Of a stretch of 64,000 nucleotides of DNA, positions 24,651 to 37,382 are shown one piece after another (within the stretch, counting starts at the first letter, position 1; each line of letters opens with the position of its first letter). Made by a program: the position numbers and the translations under genes. Source of the stretch: Isurus oxyrinchus (Eukaryota). The stretch spans positions 69,998,001 through 70,062,000 of the forward strand of contig JANJGN010000012.1 of NCBI GenBank assembly GCA_026770705.1, written 5' to 3'. The notes below the pieces were generated by a model. The model was not told where the DNA came from. It ran no database searches and was given only the letters and a program-made list of their open reading frames with translations.

Positions 24651-26559
24651 GTTTACTCACCACAACATCTACTCCCTGCCCAGAAAACAGCAGTTTCATG
24701 GAACCTGAGAATATGGGAGAGGCCATTCAGCCCATCATGCTTGTATTGGCTCTTTGAAAGAGCTTTTCAATTAGTCCCGCTCCCCCTCTCTTTCCTCATA
24801 ACCAGAAAAATCATTCCTTTTTAAATACATTCTGAGAGCTGACCATTGTTGACAGAGCAGAGGTGAAATGGGTCTTGGCTGATAACATATTGATAAAAAT
24901 TTGATGGGCCATTTTATACTCTGCCCAACTTTGATTTTGACTGAAGCCATTGGTATAATATTCCTTAACCTCTGGGTGCAAGCCTTCCATCCAACTTCAC
25001 TGTGCCCTCAGGTAATTGATACAGAGCCAATGTATGTCTACAAGAATGGTGTGAGCAGCAGCAGCCCACAGACCTGACAAACGTCTTCACCAAGTTTAGA
25101 TCACTCTCATGAGTGAAATGTGATGAGAAAAGACAACTTGCTCCCTCGTTGAAAAGTCATGGTGATTTTATGCACTCTGACACGTATTAAAAAGAGACTT
25201 TTACAGGAAAATCAGTGGGCAGAATGCTATATTTTTGGACACTGAGAGATTTTGGTAGCATTCTTTGAGAAAGGTTTGGGAGATATCACTGAGAATAAGA
25301 TGGTGACATTTGTCCCTTCTCCAGAGCCACACTAAGGATGGGCAATCAGAGAATCATAGAATTATTACCGCAATTTGGCCTATTGTGTCTCTGCTGGCTC
25401 TCTGCAAGAGCAATTGACCTAGTGCCATTCGCCAACCTTTTTCCAATAGCCCAGCAAATTTTTCCTTTTCTGATAAAAATCTAATTCCCATTTGAAAGCC
25501 ATGACTGAATCAGCTTCCAACACACTCTCAAGCAACGCATTCCAGATCCTAAACACTCGTTGCGTAAAAAAAGGTTTTCTTCATGTCACCATTGCTTTTT
25601 TAGCCAATTACTTTAAATCAGTGCCGTCTTGTTCTCAATCCTTCTACCAATGGGAACAATTTCTCCCTGTCTACCCTGTCCAGACCCCTCATGATTTTGA
25701 ATACCTCTGTTAAATCTCCTCTCTACCTTCTCTTCATCAAGGAAAACAGTCCCAACTTCTCCAATCCATCTTTGTATCTGGAGTATCTCACCCCAGAACC
25801 ATTCTCATTAATCTTTTCTGTACCCTCTCTACTGCCTTCACCTCCTTGCTAAAACGTGGTGCCCAGAACTAGAAACAATGCTCCATTTGAGGCGGAACCA
25901 GTAGCTTATAAAGGTTTATCATAACTTCCTTGCTTTTGTACTCTATGCCTCTATTTATAAAACACAGGTTCCTATATGCTTTATCAATGTCTCTCTCAAC
26001 CTATCCTACAACATTATGTACATATACCCCTAGGTCCCCTCTGCTCTTGCACCCCCTTTAGAATTATGCCCTTTATTTTACATTGTCTCTCCTCATTCTT
26101 CCAACCAAAATGAATCACTTCATCTTGTGCATTAAATTTTATCTGCCACTTATCCGCCCATTCCACCAACCTACCCATGCTCTTTTGAAGTTTAACACTC
26201 ACAGTTCACATTACTTCTCAGTTTTGTATCATCTGCAAATTTTGAAATTGTGCCTTGTACACTAAAATGTAGGTCATTAATATTTATCAGGAAGAGCAGG
26301 GGTCCTAACAAAGGGACCCCTGGAGAACTCCAGGAGAAACCTTTCTCCAGTCCGAAAAACATCTATTTGCTGTTCTCTAAGCCAGTTTCATATCAGTGTT
26401 GCTACTATCCCTTTTATTCCAAGGGCTCTAACTTTGCTCGCAAGTCCATTTTGTAACACTTTATCAAATTCCATGTGGAAGTCTATTTAAACCACATCAA
26501 TGGCATTACCCTTATCAACCCTGTCTGTTAGCTCATCAAAAATCTCAAAGTTTTCTCTT

Positions 26560-29500
26560 TCTTCACAGGATGTGGGCATCAGCGGGTAGGCCAGCATCTA
26601 TTGCCCTTTAGAAAGTGGTGGTGAGCTGTCTTCTTGAACCGCTGCCGACCATGTGGCGAGGTACACCCACAGTGCTGTTAGGGAGGGAGTTCCAGGATTT
26701 TGATGCAGTGACAGTGAAGGAGCGGTGATATATTTCCAAGTCAGGATGGTGTGTGGCTTGGAGGGCAACTTCCAGGTGTTGGTGTTCCCATCTATCTGCT
26801 GCTCTTGTCCTTCTAGATAGTAGCGGTTGTGGATTTGGAAGATGCTGTCAAAGGAGCCTTGGTGAGTTTCCTCAGTGCATCTTGTAGATAATACACACAG
26901 CTGCTACTGTGCAACAGTGGTGGAGAGAATGAGTGATTACGTTGATGGATGGGATGACAATCAAGTGGGCTGCTTTGCCCTGGATGGTGTCAAGCTTCTT
27001 GAGTGTTGTGGGAGCTGCACTGATCCAGGCAAGTGGGGAGCATTCCATCACACTCCTGAGTTGTGTCTTGTGGATAGTGGACAGGAGTTGGTGAGTCAGG
27101 AGGTGAGATATTCACCACAGGATTCCTAGCCTCTGATCTGCTCTTATAGCCACAGTATTTATATGAGTGGTCCAGTTCAGACTCTGTTCATTGGTAACCC
27201 CCAGGATATTGGATGCTTCAGCAAAGGTAATACCATTGAATGTTGAGGGGCAAAGGTTAGATTCTCTTTTGTTGTAGATGTTCTTTGTCAGGCACTTCTG
27301 TGGTGCAAATGTTACTTGCCACTTGTCAGCCCAAGCCTGGATATTGTCCAGGTCTTACTGCATTTGCACATGGACTGCTTTAGTATCTGAGGAGTTGCAA
27401 ATGGTGCTGAACATTGTGCAATCATCAGCAAACATCCCCACTTCTGACCTTATGATGGAAGGAAGGTCATTGATGAAGCAGCTGAAGATGGTTGGGCCTA
27501 GGACACTATCCTGAGGAACTCCCACAGTGACGTCCTGAAACTGAGATGACTGACCTCCAAAAACCACAACCATCTTCCTTTGTGCTAGATATGACTCCAA
27601 CCAGCAGAGAGTCTGCCCCTGATTCCCATGACTCTAGTTTTGCTAGGGCTCCTTGATGCCACACTCAGTCAAATGCTGCCTTGATGTCAAGGGCAGTAAC
27701 TCTTACTTCACCTTTTTTGTCCCTGTTTGGGTCAAGGCTGTAATGAAATCAGGAGCTGAGTAGCCCTGGCAGAACCCAAACTGAGCATCAGTGAACAGAT
27801 TATTGCTAAGTAAGTGCCGCTTGATAGCACCGTCGGCAACATCTCCCATCACTTTACTGATGATCGAGAGTAGGCTGATGGGACAGTAATTGGCCAGGAT
27901 GGATTTTTCCTTTTTGTGAACAAGACATACCTGGGCAATTATACACATTGTCAGGTGGATGCCAGTGTTGCGACTGTAACAGCTTGACTAGGGGCGTGGC
28001 AAGTTCTGGAGCACAAGTCTTCAGTACTATTGCCAGAATTTTGTCAGGGCCCATAGCCTTTGCAGTATCCAGTGCCTTCAGCCATTTCTTGACATCACGT
28101 GGAGTGATTGGCATCTGTGATGCTGGGGACCTCCGGAGGAGGCTGAGATGGATTATCCACCCAGGACTTCTGGCTGAAGATTGTAGCAAATGCTTCAGCC
28201 TTATCTTTTGCACTGATATACTGGTCTCCTCCATCATTGAGCCTGGAGGTATTTAAGGAACCTCCTCTTCCATGAATTGTTTAATTGTCCACCACCATTC
28301 ACAACTAGATGTGGCAGATCTTGGATCTGATCTGTTGGTTGTGGGATCACTTAGCTCTGTCTATCACATGCTGTTTCCGCTGTTTGACGCACAAGTAGTC
28401 CTGTGTTGTAACTGCACCAGATTTTCACCTCGTATTTAGATATGCCACTCCATTGAATCAGGGTTGATCCCCTGGCTTGTTGTTAACGGTAGAGTGGGAT
28501 GCCAGGCCATGAGGTTACAGATTGCGCTGATGGCCCACAGTATCTCATGGATACCCTGTTTTGAGTTGCTAGATCAGTTTGAAATCAATCCCATTTAGCA
28601 CGGTGATACACCACACGATAGAGGGCATCCTCAACATGAAGACGGGTCTTCATCTCTCCAATGACTTTGCAGTGGTCACTCCTATAGATACTGTCATGGA
28701 TGCATCTGTAACAGGTGGATTGGTGAGGTTGAGGTCAAGTATATTTTTCCCTGTTCTTGGATCCCTCACCACTTGCTGCATGCCCGCCTGGCAGATATGC
28801 CCTTCAGATCTTGGTCAGCTTGATCTGTGGTGGCACCAAGCTACCCTTGGTGATGGGCAATGAACTCCCCAAACCAGAGTAAATTCTGCACCATTTCCAC
28901 CCTCAGTGCTTCTTCCAACTGGTGTTCAACATGGAAAATTACTGATTAATCAGCTGACGGGGGGTGGAAGTGCGGGTTAGGTGGTAATCAGCAGGGGGTT
29001 TCCTTGCCCATGTTTGCCCTGATGCCATGAAACTTCATGGGGTCCGGAGTTAATATTGAGTACTCCGAGAGCAACTCCCTCCCAACTGTACAGCATTGTG
29101 CTGACACCTCCACTGAGTCTGCCCTGCATATTGGAAAGGACATACCCAAGGATGGTGATGGCGGTGTCTGGGACATTATCAGTATGATTGATACTGTCTC
29201 TGTCGGGCTGTTTCTTGACTAGTCTGTAAGACAGCTCTCCCAAAATGGCACAAGCCCCCAGATGTCAGTAAGAAGGTCTTTGCAGGGTTGACAGGGCTGG
29301 GTTTTCCATTTTTGTTTCTGATGCCTGGGTCGATGCTGTGTGATCTGTCCAATTACATTACTTTTTATCTTTTGTAGCAGTTTCATACAACTAAGTGGCT
29401 TGCTAGGCCATTTCAGAGTCAACCACATTGCTATGGATCTGGAGTCACCTGTCGGCCAGACCAAGCAAGGGCAGATTTCCTTCCCTAAAGGACATTAGTG

Positions 29501-29778
29501 AACCAACTGTGTTTATAGGATGATACAGAGGGCATGAATGAGGTACTAAATGAGTACTTTTCAGCTGTCTTTAGCAAGGAAGAAAATGTTGCTCAGTTCA
29601 CTTTTTATGAATGTCAGTTGACATTGGTCTTATGGTTTCACCATTACTAAGACTAACTTTTAATTGAATTAAAATTCCACCAGCTGCCATGATGGGATTT
29701 GAACCTATGTCCCCAAAACATTTGTCTGGGTCTCCAGATGACTCATCCAGTGACATTACCGTTATGCACCAACTCCCC
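26560..29778 (-). mobile_element. Apparently full-length LINE-A (~3.2 kb): tRNA-like head, short 5' region, decayed single EN-RT ORF, 3' tail
   Basis: RT GVPQDSVLGPTIFSCFINDL..MFADDCT (27355-27600). EN start LLTDIWGLVP..GELSYRLVKKQPD (~29275-29205). A box rc tggtgcataacggt 29758-29771; B box rc ggttcaaatccc 29694-29705. The whole block interrupts one CR1. Confidence 0.9.
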
Positions 29779-30568
29779 GCTAATCTGCCCCAAGTTAATA
29801 AACACAATTTTCCCTTAACAATTCCTTCCTGTCTTTCCTTAATTAATCCACATTTGCCCAAGTGACTATTAATTTTTTCTCAAATTATTGTCCCCAAAAG
29901 CTTTCACATCACCAGGGTTAAACTGACTGGCCTGTAGTTGCTGGGTTTAACTTTACACCATTTTTTGAACAAGGGTGTAACATTTACAATTCTCTCAGTC
30001 CACTGGCACCATGCCTGTATCCAAAGAGGTTTGGAAAATTATAGTCAGCGCCTCTGCTATTCTGACCTTCACTTTCCTCAGTATCCTTGGATCCATCTCA
30101 TCCTGTCCTGATGCCTTGTCAAACTAAAGCACGGACAGCCTATCCATTACCTCTTCCTTATCAAATTTAGATTAATCAAATGTCTGACCTACCTCCTTTT
30201 TAAAAAGTGAACTGGGCAGCATTTTCTTCCTTGGTAAAAACAGCTGAAAAGTACTCATTTAATCTCTCAGCCATGCCCCCTGCATCCACGCATAAATCCC
30301 CTTTATGATCCCTGATTGGCCCCACTGCTTCTTTCATCACTCTTTTACTATTTATTTGCTGACAGAAGACTTTTCAATTCCCTTTTATGTTAGCTGCTAG
30401 TCTCTTCTCATACTCTCTCTTTGCTTCTCTTATTTGCTTTTTCAATTCCCCTCTGAACCTTCTATATTGAACTTAATTTTCAATTGTATTATCTATCTGA
30501 TATCTGTCATACCCAGGGAGTTCTGAATTTGTTTTCCCTCCCTTTGTCCTCTGTGGGAACATACCTTG

Positions 30569-30961
30569 GATGAGGGAGGATCTGATTGAAACTTACAGAA
30601 TACTGAAAGGCCTGGAGAGAGTGGACATGGGGAAGATGTTTCCATTAGTAGGAGAGACTGGGACCCGAGGGCACAGCCTCAGAGTAAAGGGAAGACCTTT
30701 TAGAACAGAGATGAGGAGAAACTTCTTTAGCCAGAGAGTGGTGAATCTATGGAATTCATTGCCACAGAAGGCTGTGGAGGCCAGGTCATTGAGTGTATTT
30801 AAGACCGAGATAGATAGGTTCTTGATTGGTAAGGGGATTAAAGGTTACAGGGAGAAGGTGGAAGAATAGTGTTGAGAAACTATTCAGCCATGATTGAAGG
30901 CGGAGCAGACTTGATGGGCTGAATGGCCCAATTTCTGCTCCTATGTCTTATGGTCTTATGG
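30569..30961 (+). mobile_element. Young CR1 3' fragment inserted in the old CR1
   Basis: Open ORF REDLIETYRILKGLERVD..TRGHSL..RRNFFSQRVVNLWNSLP. Tail tcttatggtcttatg. Flanked by ccttg on both sides. Confidence 0.9.
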
Positions 30962-31649
30962 CCTTGTCTGTGCCTGAACTATCCCTTCTCTAAAGGCAGC
31001 CCATTGTTCAGTTGCAGATTTCCCAGCCAATCATTCCTTCCAATTGATCTGGGCCTTTCCATTCTCATCCCATTGAAATTGGCTTTCCCCCAGTTAATTA
31101 TTTTTATGCCATTTTGTTTCTTGTCCTTTTCTATAGCCAACCTTACCCTTATGATACGATGACCACTGTCTCCTAATTTTTCTCCTACTGATATTGAATC
31201 CTCTTGGCCCACCTCATTTCCAAGAACCTGCTCCAGCAATGCCTCCTTTTTTGTTGGATTGGAACGATATTGATGTAGAAAATTCTCCTGAACACACTCT
31301 AGAAACTTTTGCCCCTCTCTGTCCTTTTACACTATTCCTATCCCAGTCTATTTTGGATAATTGAAGTCCTCCATTGTAACTATTCTACAATTCGTGGACC
31401 TCTTTGTAATTTCCTTGCAAAATTTGTTCCTCTGAATCTGTGGCTATTGTAAAGCTGGCTGGGTACTGCCCAGTATCCAGAGGCAACTGCAATGTGTTGA
31501 CTAGTTGTCAGCCCAGACTGACCTCTTCCATCAAGAAGGAATGGGGGCAAATTTAATGCCAGTTTGTAGCTCTGCTTAAACTAGAGTACCCTACTTTACA
31601 GCTGTTCCCCAGGCAGGACCCTTCCTGCCACCCTCCAGAAACCTGAGTT

Positions 31650-31985
31650 CACCCAAAACTCTGCTGCCTGCATCCTAACTTGCACCAAGCCACATTCACT
31701 CATCACCCCTGTGATCACTGATCTGCATTGGCTCCGATCCATCACTACCTAGGTTTAAAAGTTCTCATCCTTGTTTTCAAATCCCTACATGGCTTCACCC
31801 TTCTCTATCTCTGTAATCTCCTCCAGCCCTAGAACCTCCACGATATCTGCACTCCTCCAGTTCTTGGCTCTTGCACATTCCCAGTTTTCATTCCTCTACC
31901 GTTGGTGGCCATGCCTTCAGCTGCCTGGGCCTTAGGCTCGGGAATATCCTCCATGAACATCTCCACCTCTCTGCATCTCTCTTCT
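31650..31985 (+). mobile_element. L2 3' fragment
   Basis: caaaactctgctgcctgcatcctaacttgcaccaag..catcacccctgtgatcactgatctgcattggctcc (HITPV..L..LHWL). Confidence 0.75.
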
Positions 31986-31989
31986 TGTG

Positions 31990-33390
31990 GCTATAATGGA
32001 GATCTGGTTCAAAGAAGGGCAGGGCTGGATGTTAAATACTCCTGGACACAAGGTGTTCAGGAAAGCTTGGAAAGGAAGAAAAGTGGGGGTGGTGGGTGGG
32101 GGGCGGGGGGGGGGGGGTGGCGGTGGGCAGTGGCAGTATTGGTTAAGGAGAGCATTGCAGTGCTGAGGAGAAAGAGGATGGCCCAGGGAGGTCAAGGACA
32201 GAATCTATTTGGCTAGACCTAAGGAACAGTAGAGGTGGAATTACATTGCTTGGTATTGTCTCTCAGCTACCAACTAGCGGGAAGGTGTAGCGGAACAAAA
32301 TTATAAGGAAATTACAGAGGGGTGCAAAAATTATAGTGTAGTTATAATGGGGGACTTTAATTATCCAAATATAGACTGGGATAGTAGAAGTGTAAAGGGC
32401 AGAGAGGGGCAAGAGTCCTTCGAGTGTGTTCAGGAGAATTTTGAAACTTATAAGATCCTGAGGGGTCTTGACAGGGTAGATATGGACAGGATGCTTCTTC
32501 TTGTGGGAGAACCTAGAACTAGGGGCCACTGTTTAAAAATAAGGGATCATCCATTTAAAACGGAGATGAGGCAATTCCTTTTCTCTCAGAGGGTCATGAG
32601 TCTTTGGAACTCTCTTCCTGAAAAGGAAATCGAGTATTTGAATATTTTTAAGGCAGAGGTGGATAGATTCTTGGTAAGCATGTGTTGATAGGTTATCGGG
32701 GGTAGGCAGGATGCAGATTTGAGGTTACTGTCAGGTCAGCCATGATCTTATTAAATGGCGGAGCGGGCTTGAGGGGCTGAATGGCCTACTCCTGCTTCTT
32801 GTTGATATGTTCTTCAGCAGTACGTTTTCAGTATATCAAGAAAGGTCGCACTGCTAAACCTGGTTCTTGGAAGTGAAATGGGCCAAGTGGATCAAATGTC
32901 AGTAGGAGAACATTTAGGGAACACTGTATCATTGTATCATGAGGTTTAGGTTGGCTATGAAAAAGGGCAAAGAATAATCTAGAGCAGGAATAATTAACAG
33001 TTGAAAGCCAACTTCAATGGGATAAGAATGGATCTGAGCCAAATAAACTGGAGCCAAAATTTGGTAGCAAAAATGGTAGCTGAACAATGGGCTATCGTCA
33101 AAGAAGAGAAAGTTTGGACACAGTCAAGGTATACCCCCTCGAAGTGGGAAGGAAGGGCAAACAAATCCAGAGCTCCCTGGATGACAAAAGCAATAGAGAT
33201 GAAGATGAAGAAGAAAATGTGTGTTTATGTTATATGTCAGATGGATAATACAACTGAGAACCAGGCTGAATATAAAAGGTTCAGAGGGAAAGTGAAAAAG
33301 CAAATAAAAGAAGCAAAGAGCAAGTATAAAAAGACACTGGCAGCTAACGTAAAAGTGAATCTCAAGGCCCTCTATAAGCATATAAATAGT
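31990..33390 (+). mobile_element. CR1 endonuclease-region fragment with a younger CR1 3' end inserted at ~32441-32812
   Basis: MGDFNYPNIDW, KANFNGIRMDL, APWMTK. The insert reads ETYKILRGLDRVD..TRGHCLKI. Confidence 0.85.
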
Positions 33391-33680
33391 GCACAACAAG
33401 ATCCTACAAACAGCAACATGATAATGGCCAGATAATCAATTTTTATGATGTTGATTGAGGGATAAGTATTGGTCAGGGCATCAGGGTAACTCCCCTGCTT
33501 CTCTTTGTAATAGTTTTGTGGATCTTCTAGGTTCATCTGAAAGACTCTGGAAGTGCAGCACTTACTTAGTACTACATCGAAGTTTCAGCCTGAATTATGT
33601 GTTTGCGTTGTTGGAGTGTGACTTGAACCCAATGACTATCTGATTAAGACATGAGAGCTCTGTCCACTGAGCCAGACCTG
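33385..33680 (-). mobile_element. DeuSINE/SacSINE-like SINE fragment
   Basis: gcacaacaagatcctacaaacagc..gattgagggataagtattggtcagg..gacttgaaccc. Confidence 0.65.
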
Positions 33681-33857
33681 ACAGCTGAGGCCAGACCACT
33701 TTGGCATGTAACAAAGCATTAGATATTTCAAGGCAGGGTTTGTCAACTGAGAGTGGGTATTGAACACTTAAAAGAATAACTGTCCTGAATATTTTATTTG
33801 ATGCTAGCCTGTTCTGTTTCTTGTTTTTTTTTAAAAAAGCAAACATCCTATATATTA

Positions 33858-34805
33858 ATATAAAGCAAAATACTGCAAATGCTGGAAATCTGAAATAAAA
33901 ACAGAAATGCTGGAAAGACTCAGCAGGTCTGCCAGCATCTCTGGAGAGAGAAGCAGAGCTGATGTTGTGAGTCTGTGGAAGGAGGCAGAAATGTGATGGG
34001 TTCTCTGGTGTTTAAAAAGGGTGGAGCAGCAGGTGGGGCAAAATGAAAGGTCAGGGATAGTTTAGAGGCCGGGGGAGATTAAATGACAAAAATGTCGTGG
34101 AACACAAGACAAAGGGAGTGGTGATAATAGTATTAAAGACTAGAGCTTTGGTCCAGAGTAGGTGTTAGTAGCAGAATAAAAGACAGCACTGTCTGAAAGC
34201 AAAAACCTGAGAACAAGAAACAGGCTGGTTCGTGGGGGAAAAAATCAAAATGGAGGACGGAGTTCATGGTCTGAAGATGTTGAATTCAATAAGCCCAGAA
34301 GGCTGTAAAATGCTTAATCAGAAGATGAGGTGCTGTTCCTTCAGTTTGCATTGAGCTTCACTGGAACATTGTAGCAGGCCGAGGACAGAAAGGTGAGCAT
34401 GACAGCAACTTGGTGAATTAAAATGGCAAGTGACAGGAAGGTCTGGGTCATGCTTGCAGACTGCGTGAGGGTGTTCTACAAAGCGATCAGCCAATCTGTG
34501 TTTAGTCTCCCCAATGTAGAGGACACTGCATTGCGAGCAAATTGAAAGAAGTACAAGTAAATCACTGCTTCATCTGGAAGGAGTATTTGGGACCTTGGAC
34601 AGTGAAGAGTGGGGAGGTAAAGGGGCAGGTAAAGGGTTACACCTCCTGTGATTGCATGGGAAGGTGCTGTGGGAAGGGGGTTAGGTATTGGGGGTGATAG
34701 ACAAGTGGACCAGGATGTCACAAAAGGAACTGTCCCTTCTGAATGCTGACAGGGGAGGTGAGGGGAAGATATGTTTGGTGCTGGCATCATATGGAGTTGG
34801 CAGAA
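33858..34805 (-). mobile_element. Penelope-like element 3' fragment (decayed GIY-YIG region plus terminal repeat)
   Basis: Reverse-complement homologue of 45589-46676 (gtctccccaatgtagagg = YIGE; PPLSAFRRDSS). Terminus aaagcaaaatactgcaaatgctggaaatctg. Confidence 0.85.
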
Positions 34806-35945
34806 TTATTATTATTAACCCTACCTCCCAGGAAGAATGTGGGTTAAAATAACGATCAGGCAATTCCTGCTTAATTTCAGATGCATTCATGCTCACTGCC
34901 AGTTTAAACCTGTCAATGCCGGTCACAGGGAAGGGGGTTTAACACTTGAACTGTTATGAATAGAATAAATAACAACACAGGCAAAGGTATGGGATTATAA
35001 AATTCTCAAGCTATGAACTATGTTTCAAAATCATAAGGATATGAATAGCTGTTGAACAGGTGAATAACATTATGCAGAACCTATCAATGAAAAATAAAAC
35101 TTACAAACTGATCTCTTTCAATTCAGTTGTGGTCTCATTTTCTAAATACCCCACAGATGCTGAATCCTCTTAATCCTGTTTGTTTTTCCCTTCTAAATTA
35201 CAGGACAACTGCTTCTTTCATCAAGCTCCCTGACTTACTTTAAACTATGAGATCAAATGTTTACACATCCAATTGTTTGGATAAGATCCACAAAGCTGGA
35301 TCTTCCACACAATCCACAGCCTTGGCCTCCAATCTAACCCACAGAAAACAACTGGTCTCTTTCACCCAGACCTTCTGTCTTTAACTTAACCATAGAAAAC
35401 TGGCATTTTACCCCACCCCCAGCACTCTGTTTTAACTCAACCAAGAGACAAAACATTCACATGTTCCCTGGGTGATACTCACAAGCTTTCCTCTTACCCA
35501 GCCTAGCTAGTCCCTTCTAGTCCCTATTCACATCTAGAGTGCTGAATAGATGCTCACTGAAAAAGATGCAACTTCCGACATGTTGGCAAACATCTGGTTG
35601 TACAGTGGGAAACAAAGGAAAGTTACACCTTTGTTATACCCCTCTGTACATGTGTTCACAAGCTGTGGTGATCAAGGATTGGTTAGTCCCTACATGGCCA
35701 GCCCTGTGAATAGTCAAAAGGTGACGTCACCACTCATGGACTGAGTCCCTATGAACTGTTTCAAAATGCCCCTTTTGACTGTACAGGACCCCCAGATATT
35801 CAACATGTTTGATAAGCATCATCCAGGTCTATCTTCACACTGTTTCAAGGATCATCGCTCCCTGACCACATTGATAACACCAGAAAATTGGAAGGAGTTT
35901 CAAAATTTCCCTAACGAGATTCTTCCTGTGAGTGTCTTGATAATC
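34806..35945. mobile_element. Possible LTR-like insertion truncating the Penelope element
   Basis: Abrupt switch from Penelope sequence to non-coding LTR-like composition. Termini and TSD not resolved. Confidence 0.3.
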
Positions 35946-36136
35946 ATAGGTATTTGTACCATTGGCATTCTTCCTGACCTCTTATAATTATAGGCTTTTA
36001 GACTTTTTATTGCCTGTATCCTGTTTTAAGACATTCCATACTCGGGTGATTTGACCAGGTATCCCTATGATATTTTCACTCTCTTAAGCCTTGTGTTTCC
36101 ATAGAGATCAAGCTAACAAATTCAACAGAGGCCAGT

Positions 36137-36513
36137 CCAGACACTGTCGTGCCCAGACACTGTCGCAGCCAGACATTGTCGCAGCAAGACACTGTCACGC
36201 CCAGACGCTGTCGCAGCCAGACACTGTCGCAGCAAGACACTCTCCCACCCAGACGCTGTCGCAGTCAGACGCTGTCGCAGCCAGACACTGTCGGACCAAG
36301 ACGTTGTCGGACCAAGATGCTGTCGCAACCGGACGCTGTCGCAGCCGGGCGCTGTCAGACCAAGGCGCTGTTGGACCAGGATGCTGTCACAGCCGGGCGC
36401 TGTCGGACCAAGACGCTGTCGCAACCGGACGCTGTCACAGCCGGACGCTGTCGCAGCCAGACGCTGTCGGACCAAGACGCTGTCGGACCAAGATGCTGTC
36501 ACACCCGGACACT
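36137..36513. repeat. CpG-rich 16-bp minisatellite (CCAGACGCTGTCGCAG / CAAGACGCTGTCGGAC), ~23.5 units
   Basis: Directly visible strict 16-bp period. Confidence 0.95.
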
Positions 36514-37382
36514 GGGCGGAATTTTTGGAGCCTGCTGGCAGCAGGTGTGATAGATGGCATGCACAGAAAATATGCTGCGTGAAGGCAGGTCGCAATCTTC
36601 CACTCAGCCCGCCCAAGCAGGCAGCTTTTCCCGCCATTGGCTGGCAGGGAGCTAGTTGTAGTCATTAGCATTTAATTAAAAGACCATCCCACCAGGCTCT
36701 TGAAACCCCATCTGTCCATGTCAGTGGGAAAGCACACTGACGTGTTTCACAACAGCACACAGGCGATGTGCACTTGGCGGCCTTCACTTTGGGGGAACTG
36801 AGGTGAGTGAGCAGCAGCGTTCTCCACAGATCGCTTGTTGTTTACAGGTTTCAGGGGCACCAGGCAGGGGTGGGGGGGAAACCGATGCCTGGCCCTGGAG
36901 ACAACTGCTGAGATGGGGGGTGTCTGGGGCAAATGCTGGCCAGCCTCACAGGTGACCTTTGTCGGTGGGTGGAGAGGAAAGTGCTGCCCTGGCACTGCAT
37001 CCTTCACACAGGCAATCGAGGTGGCGACAGGGTAAGCAAGGGAAATGGCCACACTTTAGGGATGCTTGTACAAACTGACCAGGCCTCTGCAACTGAGACT
37101 GATCAGCCACAGCCACAATGATATGATTGGGGTCACGCTCCTAGCCTGCCTGCCCATGGAAGCAACATGGAGACACTAAAGGGCCACCAAGCGCTCCATA
37201 CCTTATCCCCCCACCCTCCCCCAACACCCCACCACACCCCCGTCCACCCATCACTGACTTCAAATCTGCCACCACTTTATTATTATCCGGGAAGCATTAA
37301 GGGTGGTCACACAGGGGCAGGAAAGGTGCTAAGTCCACCCAGGATAACCATGTCTCTCTCTTTTTCATGCTACATCAGGATC

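Larger units (their letters stand above)
25350..31435 (-). mobile_element. Old CR1 LINE (EN-RT remnants) in three pieces: 25350-26550, 29790-30568, 30962-31435
   Basis: RLVEWADKWQIKFN (ORF 26014-26202), GLIKERQEGIVKGKLCL, LGDSGHRIIRV..NWGKANFNGMR. Sequence is collinear across the LINE-A and young-CR1 insertions. Confidence 0.85.

Noticed and set aside
29690-29778. A/B boxes as a possible tRNA gene
   Set aside because: No convincing cloverleaf or terminator. It is the head of a retroelement shared with SINE copies.
32085-32130. G-run cluster (potential G-quadruplex)
   Set aside because: Slippage expansion of the GGG-rich (RGGGVA) motif in a dead CR1 endonuclease; no evidence of function.
36137-36513. 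Regular short repeats resembling a CRISPR array, and the 133-171 aa ORFs across them
   Set aside because: Units are contiguous 16-mers with no unique spacers, there are no cas genes, and the context is eukaryotic. The ORFs are artefacts of a stop-free repeat.
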